The notes beneath the pieces are model-generated. The model was not told the DNA's origin, ran no database searches, and saw only the letters and a program-made list of their open reading frames with translations. DNA of 64,000 bases, taken from a virus. Shown piece after piece: positions 1 to 9,168 of this stretch. Where the stretch lies: the IMG/VR virus record IMGVR_UViG_3300006919_000001, positions 1 through 64,000 of that record; one strand, written 5' to 3'. The position numbers and the translations under genes were made by a program. Each line of letters begins with the position of its first letter. Within the stretch, counting starts at the first letter, position 1.

Positions 1-190
1 TAAGTCCTTTTTTATGGAGAAGGATAAGTGCCAAGTTAGCCTCTCTCATATTGGTCACTGCCTTGAACTTTGCCAAGGTCATTTTTGGGTCTATTTCTTT
101 TACGGCCATTATTGTTAATAACAAACCTCTTTGATACATAGACACCCCGCTTTGGAGTGCCTCACTAATGGTCTTAATCTTTAGTTTCAT
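1..190 (-). CDS. hypothetical protein, 5' part (runs off window edge)
   Basis: ATG at 190, open frame MKLKIKTISEALQSG... to the window edge. Confidence 0.5.
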   Translation of the reverse strand, partial: MKLKIKTISEALQSGVSMYQRGLLLTIMAVKEIDPKMTLAKFKAVTNMREANLALILLHKKGL

Positions 191-200
191 ATGCTATTTT

Positions 201-419
201 TTAATAACTGGTCAGGTGAACTGTTTGTGCGTTTATCCATTGAGAATATGAATACCTAAAACGCTTCAGATTAGTTTGACGCCCTGAGTACTCCTCATAG
301 GCACATTCTTGTTCATCAACCCAAGCCTTCCAGCTAATTCCTCTTTTTACACTATCTCCACATGCTGCGAATAATGCTTTTAAATCATTGTTGTCAATTG
401 TAAAATCCAATACCACCAT
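201..419 (-). CDS. hypothetical protein
   Basis: 72 aa ORF in the coding orientation with A-rich leader. Confidence 0.55.
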   Translation of the reverse strand: MVVLDFTIDNNDLKALFAACGDSVKRGISWKAWVDEQECAYEEYSGRQTNLKRFRYSYSQWINAQTVHLTSY

Positions 420-446
420 AACGTTTGTTTTTAATTGTTTTTATTT

Positions 447-689
447 TTAAAGTCCGAACCAATCTTTTGTTTCTTGGCTTAAATTTTTTCCACTACTTTC
501 AGTTCCTCTTTGTAACTCTCCATTTTTTTCACTCCACATTCTCCAAGTTTTTCTACCCGAACCCTTCCATTTAAGAACTCTTAAGAAATGAGATTCTCCT
601 TGAAATTCTCTAGTGTGGGATGAAACTAATTCCAAACCAACTTTACTTTCAAATTCAACTTGGTTTTCTGTATGTGATAAAGTTTTCAT
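447..689 (-). CDS. hypothetical protein (start revised to MKTLSH...)
   Basis: conserved leader AATCAAATATT-ATG at 689, directly behind the promoter at 714-745. Confidence 0.6.
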   Translation of the reverse strand: MKTLSHTENQVEFESKVGLELVSSHTREFQGESHFLRVLKWKGSGRKTWRMWSEKNGELQRGTESSGKNLSQETKDWFGL

Positions 690-713
690 AATATTTGATT
701 TATTAATTATACG

Positions 714-745
714 TAAAGATAATCCTTTTTCTAATACCAACCTAC
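714..745 (-). promoter_or_regulatory. phage promoter GTAGG-N19-TATCTTTA
   Basis: -7 box resembles Bacteroidota TAnnTTTG; same spacing in 10 copies. Confidence 0.75.
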
Positions 746-752
746 AAATGAC

Positions 753-1505
753 TTATTTATTTTTCCAAGTTTTATTTCTTACTATATTATATATGCAAGT
801 ACTGCTTACTCCATAATGCTTTGCTTGTACTGAATTTTTTACTCCATCGGCAAATTGCTGGCGTATCTTTAATACCTCATTCCAATCAATTTTAACTTTA
901 CCGTCAGATACTTGGGGCTTAGTTGCTTGGGGCTCTATACGTGCCTCTACCGGCTTCTTTGTAGTTTTCACTGGAGTATTATTCAAATGAAAAGTTAATG
1001 CGTATCTGCTATCGTAATAGCCATTATTGTGAGTCTTGCAACAGTTATAACATGCTGAGGTTTTTCTTGAACTCTTGTGGCGATAAACTATCTCATCACA
1101 ATTATTACAAGTTAATTTATATCTATATGCGCTTGGGTCAATTTCAGCAGAACCACATCTTTCACCAACGCATCCAATTTGTAATGCAATTGACCTCCAT
1201 ACGTGGTCGTGAGATGAACTACCTCTTCTTTCAAAATCAATAGCATGAGCAATCTCATGTAATACCGTATCTTCCCACTTTGAAATTGGAGCATCACTAT
1301 TTTTTATCATCCATTCAGATAAAATAACCTCCTTTATACTCCTACTTCTATTAATTCTGCAGGTTCCAAAACTATTCTTTTTCTTACCGTATTTTTTAAC
1401 CCATCCTAATTTGGACATGTTGAATATTTCTCCATCTACTAGGAAATCAGCACTCATGTGCTTTTTAAAAGTTTCATTAATCGTATAAAGTTTTGACTCT
1501 GACAT
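753..1505 (-). CDS. SprT-like zinc metalloprotease with Cys-rich Zn ribbon and C-terminal HTH
   Basis: TVLHEIAHA (HExxH), HDHVW, CxxC pairs, C-terminal KIDWNEVLKIR...YGVSSTCIYNIVRNKTW. Confidence 0.85.
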   Translation of the reverse strand: MSESKLYTINETFKKHMSADFLVDGEIFNMSKLGWVKKYGKKKNSFGTCRINRSRSIKEVILSEWMIKNSDAPISKWEDTVLHEIAHAIDFERRGSSSHDHVWRSIALQIGCVGERCGSAEIDPSAYRYKLTCNNCDEIVYRHKSSRKTSACYNCCKTHNNGYYDSRYALTFHLNNTPVKTTKKPVEARIEPQATKPQVSDGKVKIDWNEVLKIRQQFADGVKNSVQAKHYGVSSTCIYNIVRNKTWKNK

Positions 1506-1528
1506 TGTATATCGTTTTAAATTATACG

Positions 1529-1596
1529 TAAATATACAACCACTTTATCTTATATACAACAAAAAAGGGAAAAAGTTTTTAAATTCTTTTTCCCTT
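1529..1596 (-). promoter_or_regulatory. intrinsic terminator immediately followed by promoter (GTTGT-N19-TATATTTA)
   Basis: hairpin GGGAAAAAG...CTTTTTCCC with T-tail on minus strand; -7 box at 1529-1536. Confidence 0.65.
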
Positions 1597-1602
1597 ATTA
1601 AT

Positions 1603-3174
1603 TTATCTACCCATCTTTCCGTTAATAAAATGTATCAACTGAGCCCTACCATCCGGGTAAATTCCACCCAAGGAATTCATCCAGTTTGAGGCGCCTCTAT
1701 TAAAACCTACTCTTAAATGAGATAACGTTCCCACCATTATATGTCCATCCTCTCTGTGTGGGTGGTGACCATGCCCTACAATATTTTTAGTATTCAGATT
1801 TTTAAACTGGTTGTGACCACCCCTAGAACCATTCGCTCCCAAGTGACCATGCATTGCCAATTCCCATCCATGAATCCTAAAACTATCATCCAGACTTAAT
1901 GTGGTTATCTTATCTCCAAACCTCTCATCTATTAAATATGGTAATATACCCTTAACCTGAGCATTTTTACTTTCTGCCAATATATTGGAGAGTTTTAAAT
2001 ACATTTTCTTGTTCTTGGCCTTCCGCCAATCTGTATGCATTAACCATCTGTCCAGCATATCATCGTGATTTGACCTTGCTATAATAATATGTCCATAGTC
2101 CTTGTGTTTGTCCAACCACTTCATGACACCTTCTATCTCCTCCTCGAGATTGTCTAAACCTTGCTCTTCTTTTTGAAGTAGTCTAAATGGATTCTTTTCG
2201 TCCCAATGGAGTATTGATTCCATTTCGGAAACATCGTGCACCACTATGTGCTTTGGCTTCATTTTTTCAATCAAACCAAATGCGGCTTTTGTAACCACCT
2301 CGTCATTATGTCTTACGTGGACATCTCCCAAGATTACAGCATCCATGCCGTCTTCATTATCTATAATTTTACCATTCAAGGCTCTCTTGTAAACATCATA
2401 GAAATTTCCATTGGCATCTGCATTGACTTGCCTAATGTGAAAATCCTCCCCATCTAATTCAACTACAATAAAACCTAGCATGTGGTGAAATTCACCTTTC
2501 TTGCCAGCTTTACTGTCCGTATAATTAGGTTGAGTACAAGCTCCGGTTGATAGTAAAAGCTTATGCGGATATCCTTCCAATACTGGCAGTGATTTTAAAT
2601 GTTGCCTTGGGTGCCCAACTATACAAGACTCCAATGCAGTAAATCCATTGAATCCAGTTAATGGTTGTGCGGCTGTTGGTTGAACCTTAACATCAGAAAG
2701 CACTTGGAGCAATGGATGTATATTGTGCCTGTTTGCATCCAAGTGAGGTTTGACTTCTTTTGTCCACCATTCATCACTCTCCTGATTTACCGTCCATGCT
2801 GAAGTTGGGTTTCTATACCTACCAGCTATAACGTGTAAATTCGCATTTAAATGTTCCGTGTATGCTTCTATGTTCCTCCATAAATTACGATGAACTCCAG
2901 TTGCGTTTTGAGCCCATGTGATAATGAAAGTTTCCTTTTTCTTATCAAATGTTTTCTTTTGCGCATCTAAAAATTCCCTACTAATTGGCTTTTGCTTCTT
3001 ACCCGAACCAGCTATCACCAAAGACTTGTTTATAGCCTTTCTAATTCTCTCATGATACTCTAAGCCATATTTTTCACAAGCCTGTCTTACAGCGCTTGAA
3101 ATCGATACTCCGGGCTCTTTAATTAAAAGTTTCTTTACAAACTTTAATTCTTTTACATACTTCGCTTTTCCCAT
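1603..3174 (-). CDS. T5 A1-like protein, calcineurin-like metallophosphoesterase/nuclease
   Basis: FIITWAQNAT N-terminal motif; GDVH, HD, SNHD, HGHLGANGSRG, GHGH metallophosphoesterase motifs. Confidence 0.75.
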   Translation of the reverse strand: MGKAKYVKELKFVKKLLIKEPGVSISSAVRQACEKYGLEYHERIRKAINKSLVIAGSGKKQKPISREFLDAQKKTFDKKKETFIITWAQNATGVHRNLWRNIEAYTEHLNANLHVIAGRYRNPTSAWTVNQESDEWWTKEVKPHLDANRHNIHPLLQVLSDVKVQPTAAQPLTGFNGFTALESCIVGHPRQHLKSLPVLEGYPHKLLLSTGACTQPNYTDSKAGKKGEFHHMLGFIVVELDGEDFHIRQVNADANGNFYDVYKRALNGKIIDNEDGMDAVILGDVHVRHNDEVVTKAAFGLIEKMKPKHIVVHDVSEMESILHWDEKNPFRLLQKEEQGLDNLEEEIEGVMKWLDKHKDYGHIIIARSNHDDMLDRWLMHTDWRKAKNKKMYLKLSNILAESKNAQVKGILPYLIDERFGDKITTLSLDDSFRIHGWELAMHGHLGANGSRGGHNQFKNLNTKNIVGHGHHPHREDGHIMVGTLSHLRVGFNRGASNWMNSLGGIYPDGRAQLIHFINGKMGR

Positions 3175-3188
3175 TTATTTATTTTTAG

Positions 3189-3572
3189 TTAATCCTCATA
3201 TAAATTATCAACCTCTTCTTCGGTTGGAGGGTATTTCAATAACTCTTCCTTTATAAATTTGCCGGGCTGATATTTTACTATCCACCTCGACGCCATTGTC
3301 ATCTTAGTTGGGGTGCCGATACCTCCATTCATACTCATAACTACTCTCGCAGGTTTGATGAATGGATATATCATACCAATTTTAGGAAGGGCAATGGCCC
3401 TATTAGCTTTCATATACTCTATGATGATTTCGATTCCCGTTCTCCACACTTTAGTAATATCGGTAACCGTGAATCCGGTTCTTTTACTAATCTCTTTTGC
3501 GAAGTCTTTCATCTTAACCATATCTTTTGGCTTACGCTCTCTAATAGGTCTTAGCTTCCTTTTATTTTGCAT
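3189..3572 (-). CDS. HU/IHF-like DNA-binding protein
   Basis: MKDFAKEISKRTG helix, IALPKIG, PAR, VKYQPGKFIKE pattern of the HU family. Confidence 0.7.
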   Translation of the reverse strand: MQNKRKLRPIRERKPKDMVKMKDFAKEISKRTGFTVTDITKVWRTGIEIIIEYMKANRAIALPKIGMIYPFIKPARVVMSMNGGIGTPTKMTMASRWIVKYQPGKFIKEELLKYPPTEEEVDNLYED

Positions 3573-4044
3573 ATTTCTTTTTCTTTTTTAACTTGGTCGG
3601 AGATTTGTAAAACGAATCAATCCTCGCCATCTGCTCTTGTTGCTTTTTTAGCTTTCTCCTAGCTTGCCTTTGGTCATAATTCTTAACTCTCTTTCTTAGG
3701 AAATAAGAAGTGGTGGCTCCAATGGCATGCCCAAACATCGTAGCTCCAATATCACCAACATTGAATCCGCTGGTTCCCAAAAACCCATCATTAAGTTCTT
3801 TTAGAATAGCTACACCTCCCACAAGGGCACCTGACTTTAGGTAGGCTTGCATTTCTGTATTATACCCATTTGTATCAAAATAGATATAAGACACTCCACC
3901 AAGAAACATGCCTACTGCTGCATGTTTCTGTTTATCATAATCCATAGTACTTCCCGGTAAGAAAATATACCCTAATTCATTATCCTGTGCCCCCACTCCT
4001 ATCGAGAAGAATGCCAATGCTAATACTAATAATAATTTTTTCAT
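3562..4044 (-). CDS. secreted/membrane protein, YfiM (DUF2279)-like
   Basis: signal peptide, DKQKH motif, KExxD...GFxxGDxxA. Confidence 0.55.
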   Translation of the reverse strand: MKKLLLVLALAFFSIGVGAQDNELGYIFLPGSTMDYDKQKHAAVGMFLGGVSYIYFDTNGYNTEMQAYLKSGALVGGVAILKELNDGFLGTSGFNVGDIGATMFGHAIGATTSYFLRKRVKNYDQRQARRKLKKQQEQMARIDSFYKSPTKLKKKKKYAK

Positions 4045-4075
4045 CTTTATTTGTTTAATTGTTTATCATTTATTT

Positions 4076-6478
4076 TTAACTACCACAAGCTAGGCAATCC
4101 TCATCATTATCAACTGCGTTTCTACCTTGCTCTATCATGGCTTTAAAATCACCCTGATTTATTGGCTTTATTTCCACCTCGACCTTTAATGCCTCTTCCT
4201 TCTTTACCGTAAACTTTTTAGCATCAACCGCAGACTTGGTCCTAAGATAATACATTCCTGTTTTTAGCTTTTTAGAATGAGCATAAAAGTGCATTGAAGT
4301 TAATTTAGATTCAGTAGCTCCTTCCATAAATAAATTCATTGATTGTGCTTGACAAACAAACCTTTGCCTATCAGCGGCCATGTCAATAATTGATTTCATA
4401 GATATCTCGTAAGCTGTCTTATAAATCTCTTTTATCTCCGTTGGGATTCTCCCTATGTTTAAAACAGAACCATTGTCTCTCATCAACTCATTTTTCATTT
4501 GGTCATCCCATAATCCAAGAGCCTCTAAGTCCTCAACTAAATGAGTGTTGCATACTACATATTCTCCTGACAAAACCCTTCTAGTATATAAGTTAGAAGT
4601 GAACGGTTCAAAGCATTCATTGTTTCCTAAGATTTGAGAAGTACTTGCTGTTGGCATTAATGCTATCAACAAACTATTTCTTAATCCATTCCTTTGAATA
4701 TCTACCTTCAAGCTGGCCCAATCCAATTCCGGGTCTAAATCTGGAGTCTCTTCATACATATCAAATTGTAAAATCCCCTTTGATGCAGGACTCCCTTTAA
4801 AGGAAGCGTAGGCACCTCTATCCATCGCCATCTCCATTGAGGCCTCCAATGCATAAAAATACATATGTTCAAATATATCCTTATTTAATTGTTTAGCTTC
4901 AGGTGAATCAAATGCATATCTAAATTTTACAAAAACGTCAGCCAAGCCCTGGACTCCTAACCCTACTGGACGGTGTTTGGAGTTACTTGTTTTGGTTTCC
5001 TTTGTTGGATAATAGTTTGCATCGATTACATTATCTAAATTGATTATAACGCGTCTAACAGCTTTTCTAAATAGAGACTTATTGAAAAATACAACTCCAC
5101 GCTTATCCTTCTCCACAAACATTGGTAAGGCAATAGAGGCTAGGTTGCAAACCGCATCCTCCTTATCATCAGAATATTCAATAATCTCAGCACATAAATT
5201 TGAACTTTTAATTACCCCTAAATTCTTTTGGTTGGATGATATATTTGCCCTATCCTTGTGTAGTAAATATGGTACTCCTGTTTCAAGTTGAGACACCATT
5301 ATTTTCTCCCACAATTCCCTTGCTTTAATTGTCTTTCTCCCAAGTCCCATTGTCTCTAGATTCTCATACTGGATTTTAAAATCCTCTCCGACTAAATCCT
5401 GAAGCGGTACGTGTCCAGATGTTGCGATTTCATTTGGACAAAATAATGTCCAATCTCCACCAGATTTAACTCTCTCTAAAAATAAATCATTGCTCCATAT
5501 TGCATAGAATAAATCTCTTGCTCTCAACTCTTCAGCACCGTGATTCTTTTTCAATTCTAAGAATGAAAATATATCAGCATGCCATGGCTCAATATAAATA
5601 GCAAAACTACCCTTGCGCTTTCCACCTTGATTAATCCATCTTGCAACTTCATTATAGGTTTTTAGCATTGGAAGAATTCCATCAGACCTTCCATTAGTTC
5701 CTTTTATTCTACTTCCTTTAGACCTGACATTATGTACGTGCAGTCCTATGCCTCCAGCCAACCCGGAAATTTTAGCAACACTTTTCATGGTATCAAATAA
5801 CCCATCTATACTATCAGCTTTATTCGCCAATAAAAAACATGAACTTAATTGTGATAGTTTAGTTCCAGAATTAAATAGTGTTGGAGTTGCATGTGTAAAA
5901 TATTTATTACTCATCATCTCATAAGATTCAATAACATCCGGCATTGAAAATGCACCAACTTCAATTGCAGTTCTCAGCCACATATATTGAGGGCGTTCAA
6001 TAACACCACCCTGAGACTTATCAGACTTTTCCCTACCTCTTAATAAATAGGATTTCTCTAAGGTTCTCAACCCAAATATATCATGCCCAAAATCTCTATC
6101 TTGAACAACCAGCTGATTCAACTCTGTTTTGTTTTGAAATACAAAGGCCATAAACTCCTCCGACAAAACCTCAGTTTCATCTTGAACTTTCCTCATCGCC
6201 TGAGAAAAAGTATCCGGTGTTGATTTCCTCAATTGTGTTACAAATAATCTTGAAGCCAACGTGCTATAATCCGTATGAGATGGGACTAGCGATGCTGCGA
6301 TTTCAATACACAGGGTGTCCAACTCCTCGGTCGTAATGTTATCGGCCATTTGGCTAATGACTTTAATTGACATTTTATCTGCCTCAACCCTTAATCCTAC
6401 CGAAGCCTTTCGTATGCGGTCTGTAATCTTTGCGGGATTAAAATTAATTAATCTACCATTTCTTTTTTGTACCTTCAT
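4076..6478 (-). CDS. nrdA: ribonucleotide reductase class Ia alpha subunit with ATP cone
   Basis: VQKRNG ATP cone, ATPTLFN, SSCFL, SNLCAEI, MPTASTS, C-terminal CLACGS. Confidence 0.97.
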   Translation of the reverse strand: MKVQKRNGRLINFNPAKITDRIRKASVGLRVEADKMSIKVISQMADNITTEELDTLCIEIAASLVPSHTDYSTLASRLFVTQLRKSTPDTFSQAMRKVQDETEVLSEEFMAFVFQNKTELNQLVVQDRDFGHDIFGLRTLEKSYLLRGREKSDKSQGGVIERPQYMWLRTAIEVGAFSMPDVIESYEMMSNKYFTHATPTLFNSGTKLSQLSSCFLLANKADSIDGLFDTMKSVAKISGLAGGIGLHVHNVRSKGSRIKGTNGRSDGILPMLKTYNEVARWINQGGKRKGSFAIYIEPWHADIFSFLELKKNHGAEELRARDLFYAIWSNDLFLERVKSGGDWTLFCPNEIATSGHVPLQDLVGEDFKIQYENLETMGLGRKTIKARELWEKIMVSQLETGVPYLLHKDRANISSNQKNLGVIKSSNLCAEIIEYSDDKEDAVCNLASIALPMFVEKDKRGVVFFNKSLFRKAVRRVIINLDNVIDANYYPTKETKTSNSKHRPVGLGVQGLADVFVKFRYAFDSPEAKQLNKDIFEHMYFYALEASMEMAMDRGAYASFKGSPASKGILQFDMYEETPDLDPELDWASLKVDIQRNGLRNSLLIALMPTASTSQILGNNECFEPFTSNLYTRRVLSGEYVVCNTHLVEDLEALGLWDDQMKNELMRDNGSVLNIGRIPTEIKEIYKTAYEISMKSIIDMAADRQRFVCQAQSMNLFMEGATESKLTSMHFYAHSKKLKTGMYYLRTKSAVDAKKFTVKKEEALKVEVEIKPINQGDFKAMIEQGRNAVDNDEDCLACGS

Positions 6479-6502
6479 TTATTATGATTTTTTGTTTTTT
6501 TA

Positions 6503-6910
6503 TTACCCCCATGGAAATGTAACCCATCCATCCATACCCTCCGGTATTTCAATTGGACAAAACTCTACTAGGTCTCTCCGCCTAGACGTAAGGACTGCAA
6601 ATCTAGCGTTTGGATATAGATGTTGAATGTCCTTAATTGTGCGCCCTGAGTCACATATGTCATCAACAAATAATACGTTTGACAGGTCACCAAATTCTAA
6701 AATCTGGCTTCTCATATCCTCTGTATTCGCAAGTCCATCTCTCGTTTGATAGTTTAACACACCCATAGGTATGCCCATCTCATTTGACAGCTTAACTGAT
6801 AATGGCAGGCCTCCTCTTTGAAGTCCCACAATTTTTGTAATACCTAGACCTTGATAATGCCACGCTATTGAGCCCGATGCATTATCGAATTCATCCCAAG
6901 TTATTTTCAT
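6503..6910 (-). CDS. purine phosphoribosyltransferase (Gpt-like)
   Basis: GLQRGGL, VLFVDDICDSGRT PRPP-binding motif, WVTFPW. Confidence 0.85.
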   Translation of the reverse strand: MKITWDEFDNASGSIAWHYQGLGITKIVGLQRGGLPLSVKLSNEMGIPMGVLNYQTRDGLANTEDMRSQILEFGDLSNVLFVDDICDSGRTIKDIQHLYPNARFAVLTSRRRDLVEFCPIEIPEGMDGWVTFPWG

Positions 6911-6915
6911 AATGT

Positions 6916-7461
6916 TTAATTTAAGTTCGGTTTTAGTTTATCTGATTTGTGTAATTTTTTATGCCTCTTATAGTCTGCCAAACCATCAGCCATCATGTTT
7001 CCAATTATATTGGGGTCTTTCATTAGATATGCTTTGGCTACTGGATTCTTTTCTTTTTCAACTTGATGTGATTTGATGTGAATCATTTCTAATTTTAACT
7101 TCGGCCTGTTTTTTAAAGCCAACACTATCCTCTCCCACAAGTCTACATTTTTTATTGGAGCTCCATAGCTAATCCAATCATTTTCAATCCATCGTTCTAA
7201 TCTATTTTCAGTAAAAGTTTTTACGACATACATTGAATCTGAATAGACCCTAAGCTTAACTTTGGCATCAATATGAAATGCGGTGATTGCATAATATAGA
7301 GCCATTACTTCCATCCTTCCAGTTTTGGTATTTTCAAACCCCGATGAGAATGCTTTTTTATTTCCATAAAAATCTGGAAAGTAAGTTGCAAAACCACCCC
7401 AACCTTTTTTTGGGCCAACCACAACTGCGGAGCCATCTGTATATGCTACTATTGTTTTCAT
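6916..7461 (-). CDS. rnhA: ribonuclease HI
   Basis: YTDGS, RME, YSDSMYV, KNVDLW, HIKSH, GNMMADGLA. Confidence 0.92.
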   Translation of the reverse strand: MKTIVAYTDGSAVVVGPKKGWGGFATYFPDFYGNKKAFSSGFENTKTGRMEVMALYYAITAFHIDAKVKLRVYSDSMYVVKTFTENRLERWIENDWISYGAPIKNVDLWERIVLALKNRPKLKLEMIHIKSHQVEKEKNPVAKAYLMKDPNIIGNMMADGLADYKRHKKLHKSDKLKPNLN

Positions 7462-7468
7462 GGTTTTT

Positions 7469-7834
7469 TTAATTGATTTTAAGGAGCTCTACGCACTCCC
7501 ATTTTCCTATTGGCATATTACTATTGATTAGTATATCGATGCGCTTAGAGTATCTCTTATTCATCTTATCCTCGACCGTATACACTCCATCGTATCTCGT
7601 TCCAGTTATTCTTACTTTCGTTCCCATTGGATACTCGATGAGTAAATCTCTTGAGACCGCAATTATCTTATGCTTATATGGATTAGATAAATCCAATTTA
7701 AACATCGACGCAGTGTGTCCAGGGTCAGAATTAGTCTGTTCTGGAACTGCATTGTAAACTGTTGTTGTAACCTCCGTTTGACTGGTACATAACATCGCTG
7801 ATATACACATCGTCAATAATAGTATTTTTTTCAT
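7469..7834 (-). CDS. 3D-domain (MltA-like) cell-wall protein with signal peptide
   Basis: IAVSRD, GTKV, VEDKM, RIDI three-Asp motif; hydrophobic N-terminus. Confidence 0.75.
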   Translation of the reverse strand: MKKILLLTMCISAMLCTSQTEVTTTVYNAVPEQTNSDPGHTASMFKLDLSNPYKHKIIAVSRDLLIEYPMGTKVRITGTRYDGVYTVEDKMNKRYSKRIDILINSNMPIGKWECVELLKIN

Positions 7835-8196
7835 AATCCTCCGTTTGCTAATTTACTAACTTCAAAATATATTTCACCCCAAGTTGGGAGTCCTCCTACA
7901 TTTCTATTATCAATATAAACATCCGCAGAAATTTTTCTACAGTCCTGCCCATAGGCTTGTATTTTTTCTGGTAGATTGGAATTGATATAGTGATATGGGA
8001 TGGAGTGTTCGTTTAGGAAATCTTCTGCCATCCCCTCATACCTTCCAGTCCTGCAGGTGTTAATAATAACCTTGTGACCATCCCCATAAAGCTGGTCAAT
8101 AAAATACGCAGCTCCACTGATTATCTCTCCAACTTCTGGAAAGCTATCCTCTGCAATGGTTCCATCAAAATCAATCGCTAGTGTTAAAATTCTCAT
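7831..8196 (-). CDS. HAD-superfamily hydrolase
   Basis: AIDFDGTI, TCR, KISADVYID. Confidence 0.85.
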   Translation of the reverse strand: MRILTLAIDFDGTIAEDSFPEVGEIISGAAYFIDQLYGDGHKVIINTCRTGRYEGMAEDFLNEHSIPYHYINSNLPEKIQAYGQDCRKISADVYIDNRNVGGLPTWGEIYFEVSKLANGGL

Positions 8197-8663
8197 ATTA
8201 CTAAATATTTATTATACATTTTTTTCCATTCTCCAAGGCTTAAAACCTCTCCCTTAAATGTATAGAAAGTATCTCTACCTTGTTCTATAATTTTCATTTC
8301 AATTCTCTGGACAATTCTATCCACATTAATTTTTTGACCCTCAGGTGTTGGAATGTAATCTCCATAATTCCACTCCTCATCAACTCCGGCCAATTCTATA
8401 GTAGGATAATTAACTGCATACCCCCTAGCCCTCATCTCTACGCATAATTCTTTTAACCTATTAACAATATAGGCAAACTTGTCATACCACATATATGCAT
8501 GTCCGGTACTTAATGTGTATTCCTTCCCAATTCTGGTTTTATCTATTCCAACTTTGGTTTTCTTAGACCTTCTATAATAATCCGCCGAGAACTTTATCTC
8601 GTTATACTCCGCTCTCAAATGTTGGTCTGCAAGCTCTTGTACTGGTATAATATTTATTCTCAT
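8193..8663 (-). CDS. denV: pyrimidine-dimer DNA glycosylase (endonuclease V)
   Basis: MRINIIPVQELADQHLRAEYNEI, YTLSTGH, EMRARGY match T4 DenV. Confidence 0.9.
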   Translation of the reverse strand: MRINIIPVQELADQHLRAEYNEIKFSADYYRRSKKTKVGIDKTRIGKEYTLSTGHAYMWYDKFAYIVNRLKELCVEMRARGYAVNYPTIELAGVDEEWNYGDYIPTPEGQKINVDRIVQRIEMKIIEQGRDTFYTFKGEVLSLGEWKKMYNKYLVI

Positions 8664-8686
8664 AATATTTGATTTTAATTATAGCA

Positions 8687-8752
8687 TAAAGATAATACTA
8701 TTTTACACATAAACAACAAAAATCCCAAAAAAGTTTTAATTCTTTTGGGATT
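8687..8752 (-). promoter_or_regulatory. terminator plus promoter (TGTTG-N19-TATCTTTA) upstream of denV
   Basis: hairpin AATCCCAAAA...TTTTGGGATT; -7 box at 8687-8694. Confidence 0.65.
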
Positions 8753-8763
8753 GTATATATGCT

Positions 8764-9168
8764 TTACCTTTGACCAATGTCCAACAAATAGTCTTTGGTT
8801 TCTTCTTTATTCATTTTTCTAGAACTTATTCCACTAGGTAGTTCTATTATTGTTTTGCCATTCTCGATGGCGTATTCTAACTCCATCACACACCCACTTG
8901 GGATCTTACCATCGGGCAATGCCTTAAAAGCAAAAACCTCACACTCCCTAACTTGACTTAAAAATACATCGTAAAACATATCTACATATGGAGTTGTGGA
9001 CATTAGGCGCTTATACTTTGCCAATGCCTTGTCGACCAACCCTTGAGTTCCGGGCTGATTTGGATTTACTACATCCAACCCTAAATCTACAAGTGTCTTA
9101 ATATCCCTCTCTTCTTGGGGTGTATTATATATTCCCATGAAGTGGGCGTAGTATACTTTTTTGTTCAT
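8764..9168 (-). CDS. nucleoside 2-deoxyribosyltransferase-like protein
   Basis: VYYAH...VVNP...SGCVMELEYAIENGKTI pattern of the NDT fold. Confidence 0.6.
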   Translation of the reverse strand: MNKKVYYAHFMGIYNTPQEERDIKTLVDLGLDVVNPNQPGTQGLVDKALAKYKRLMSTTPYVDMFYDVFLSQVRECEVFAFKALPDGKIPSGCVMELEYAIENGKTIIELPSGISSRKMNKEETKDYLLDIGQR

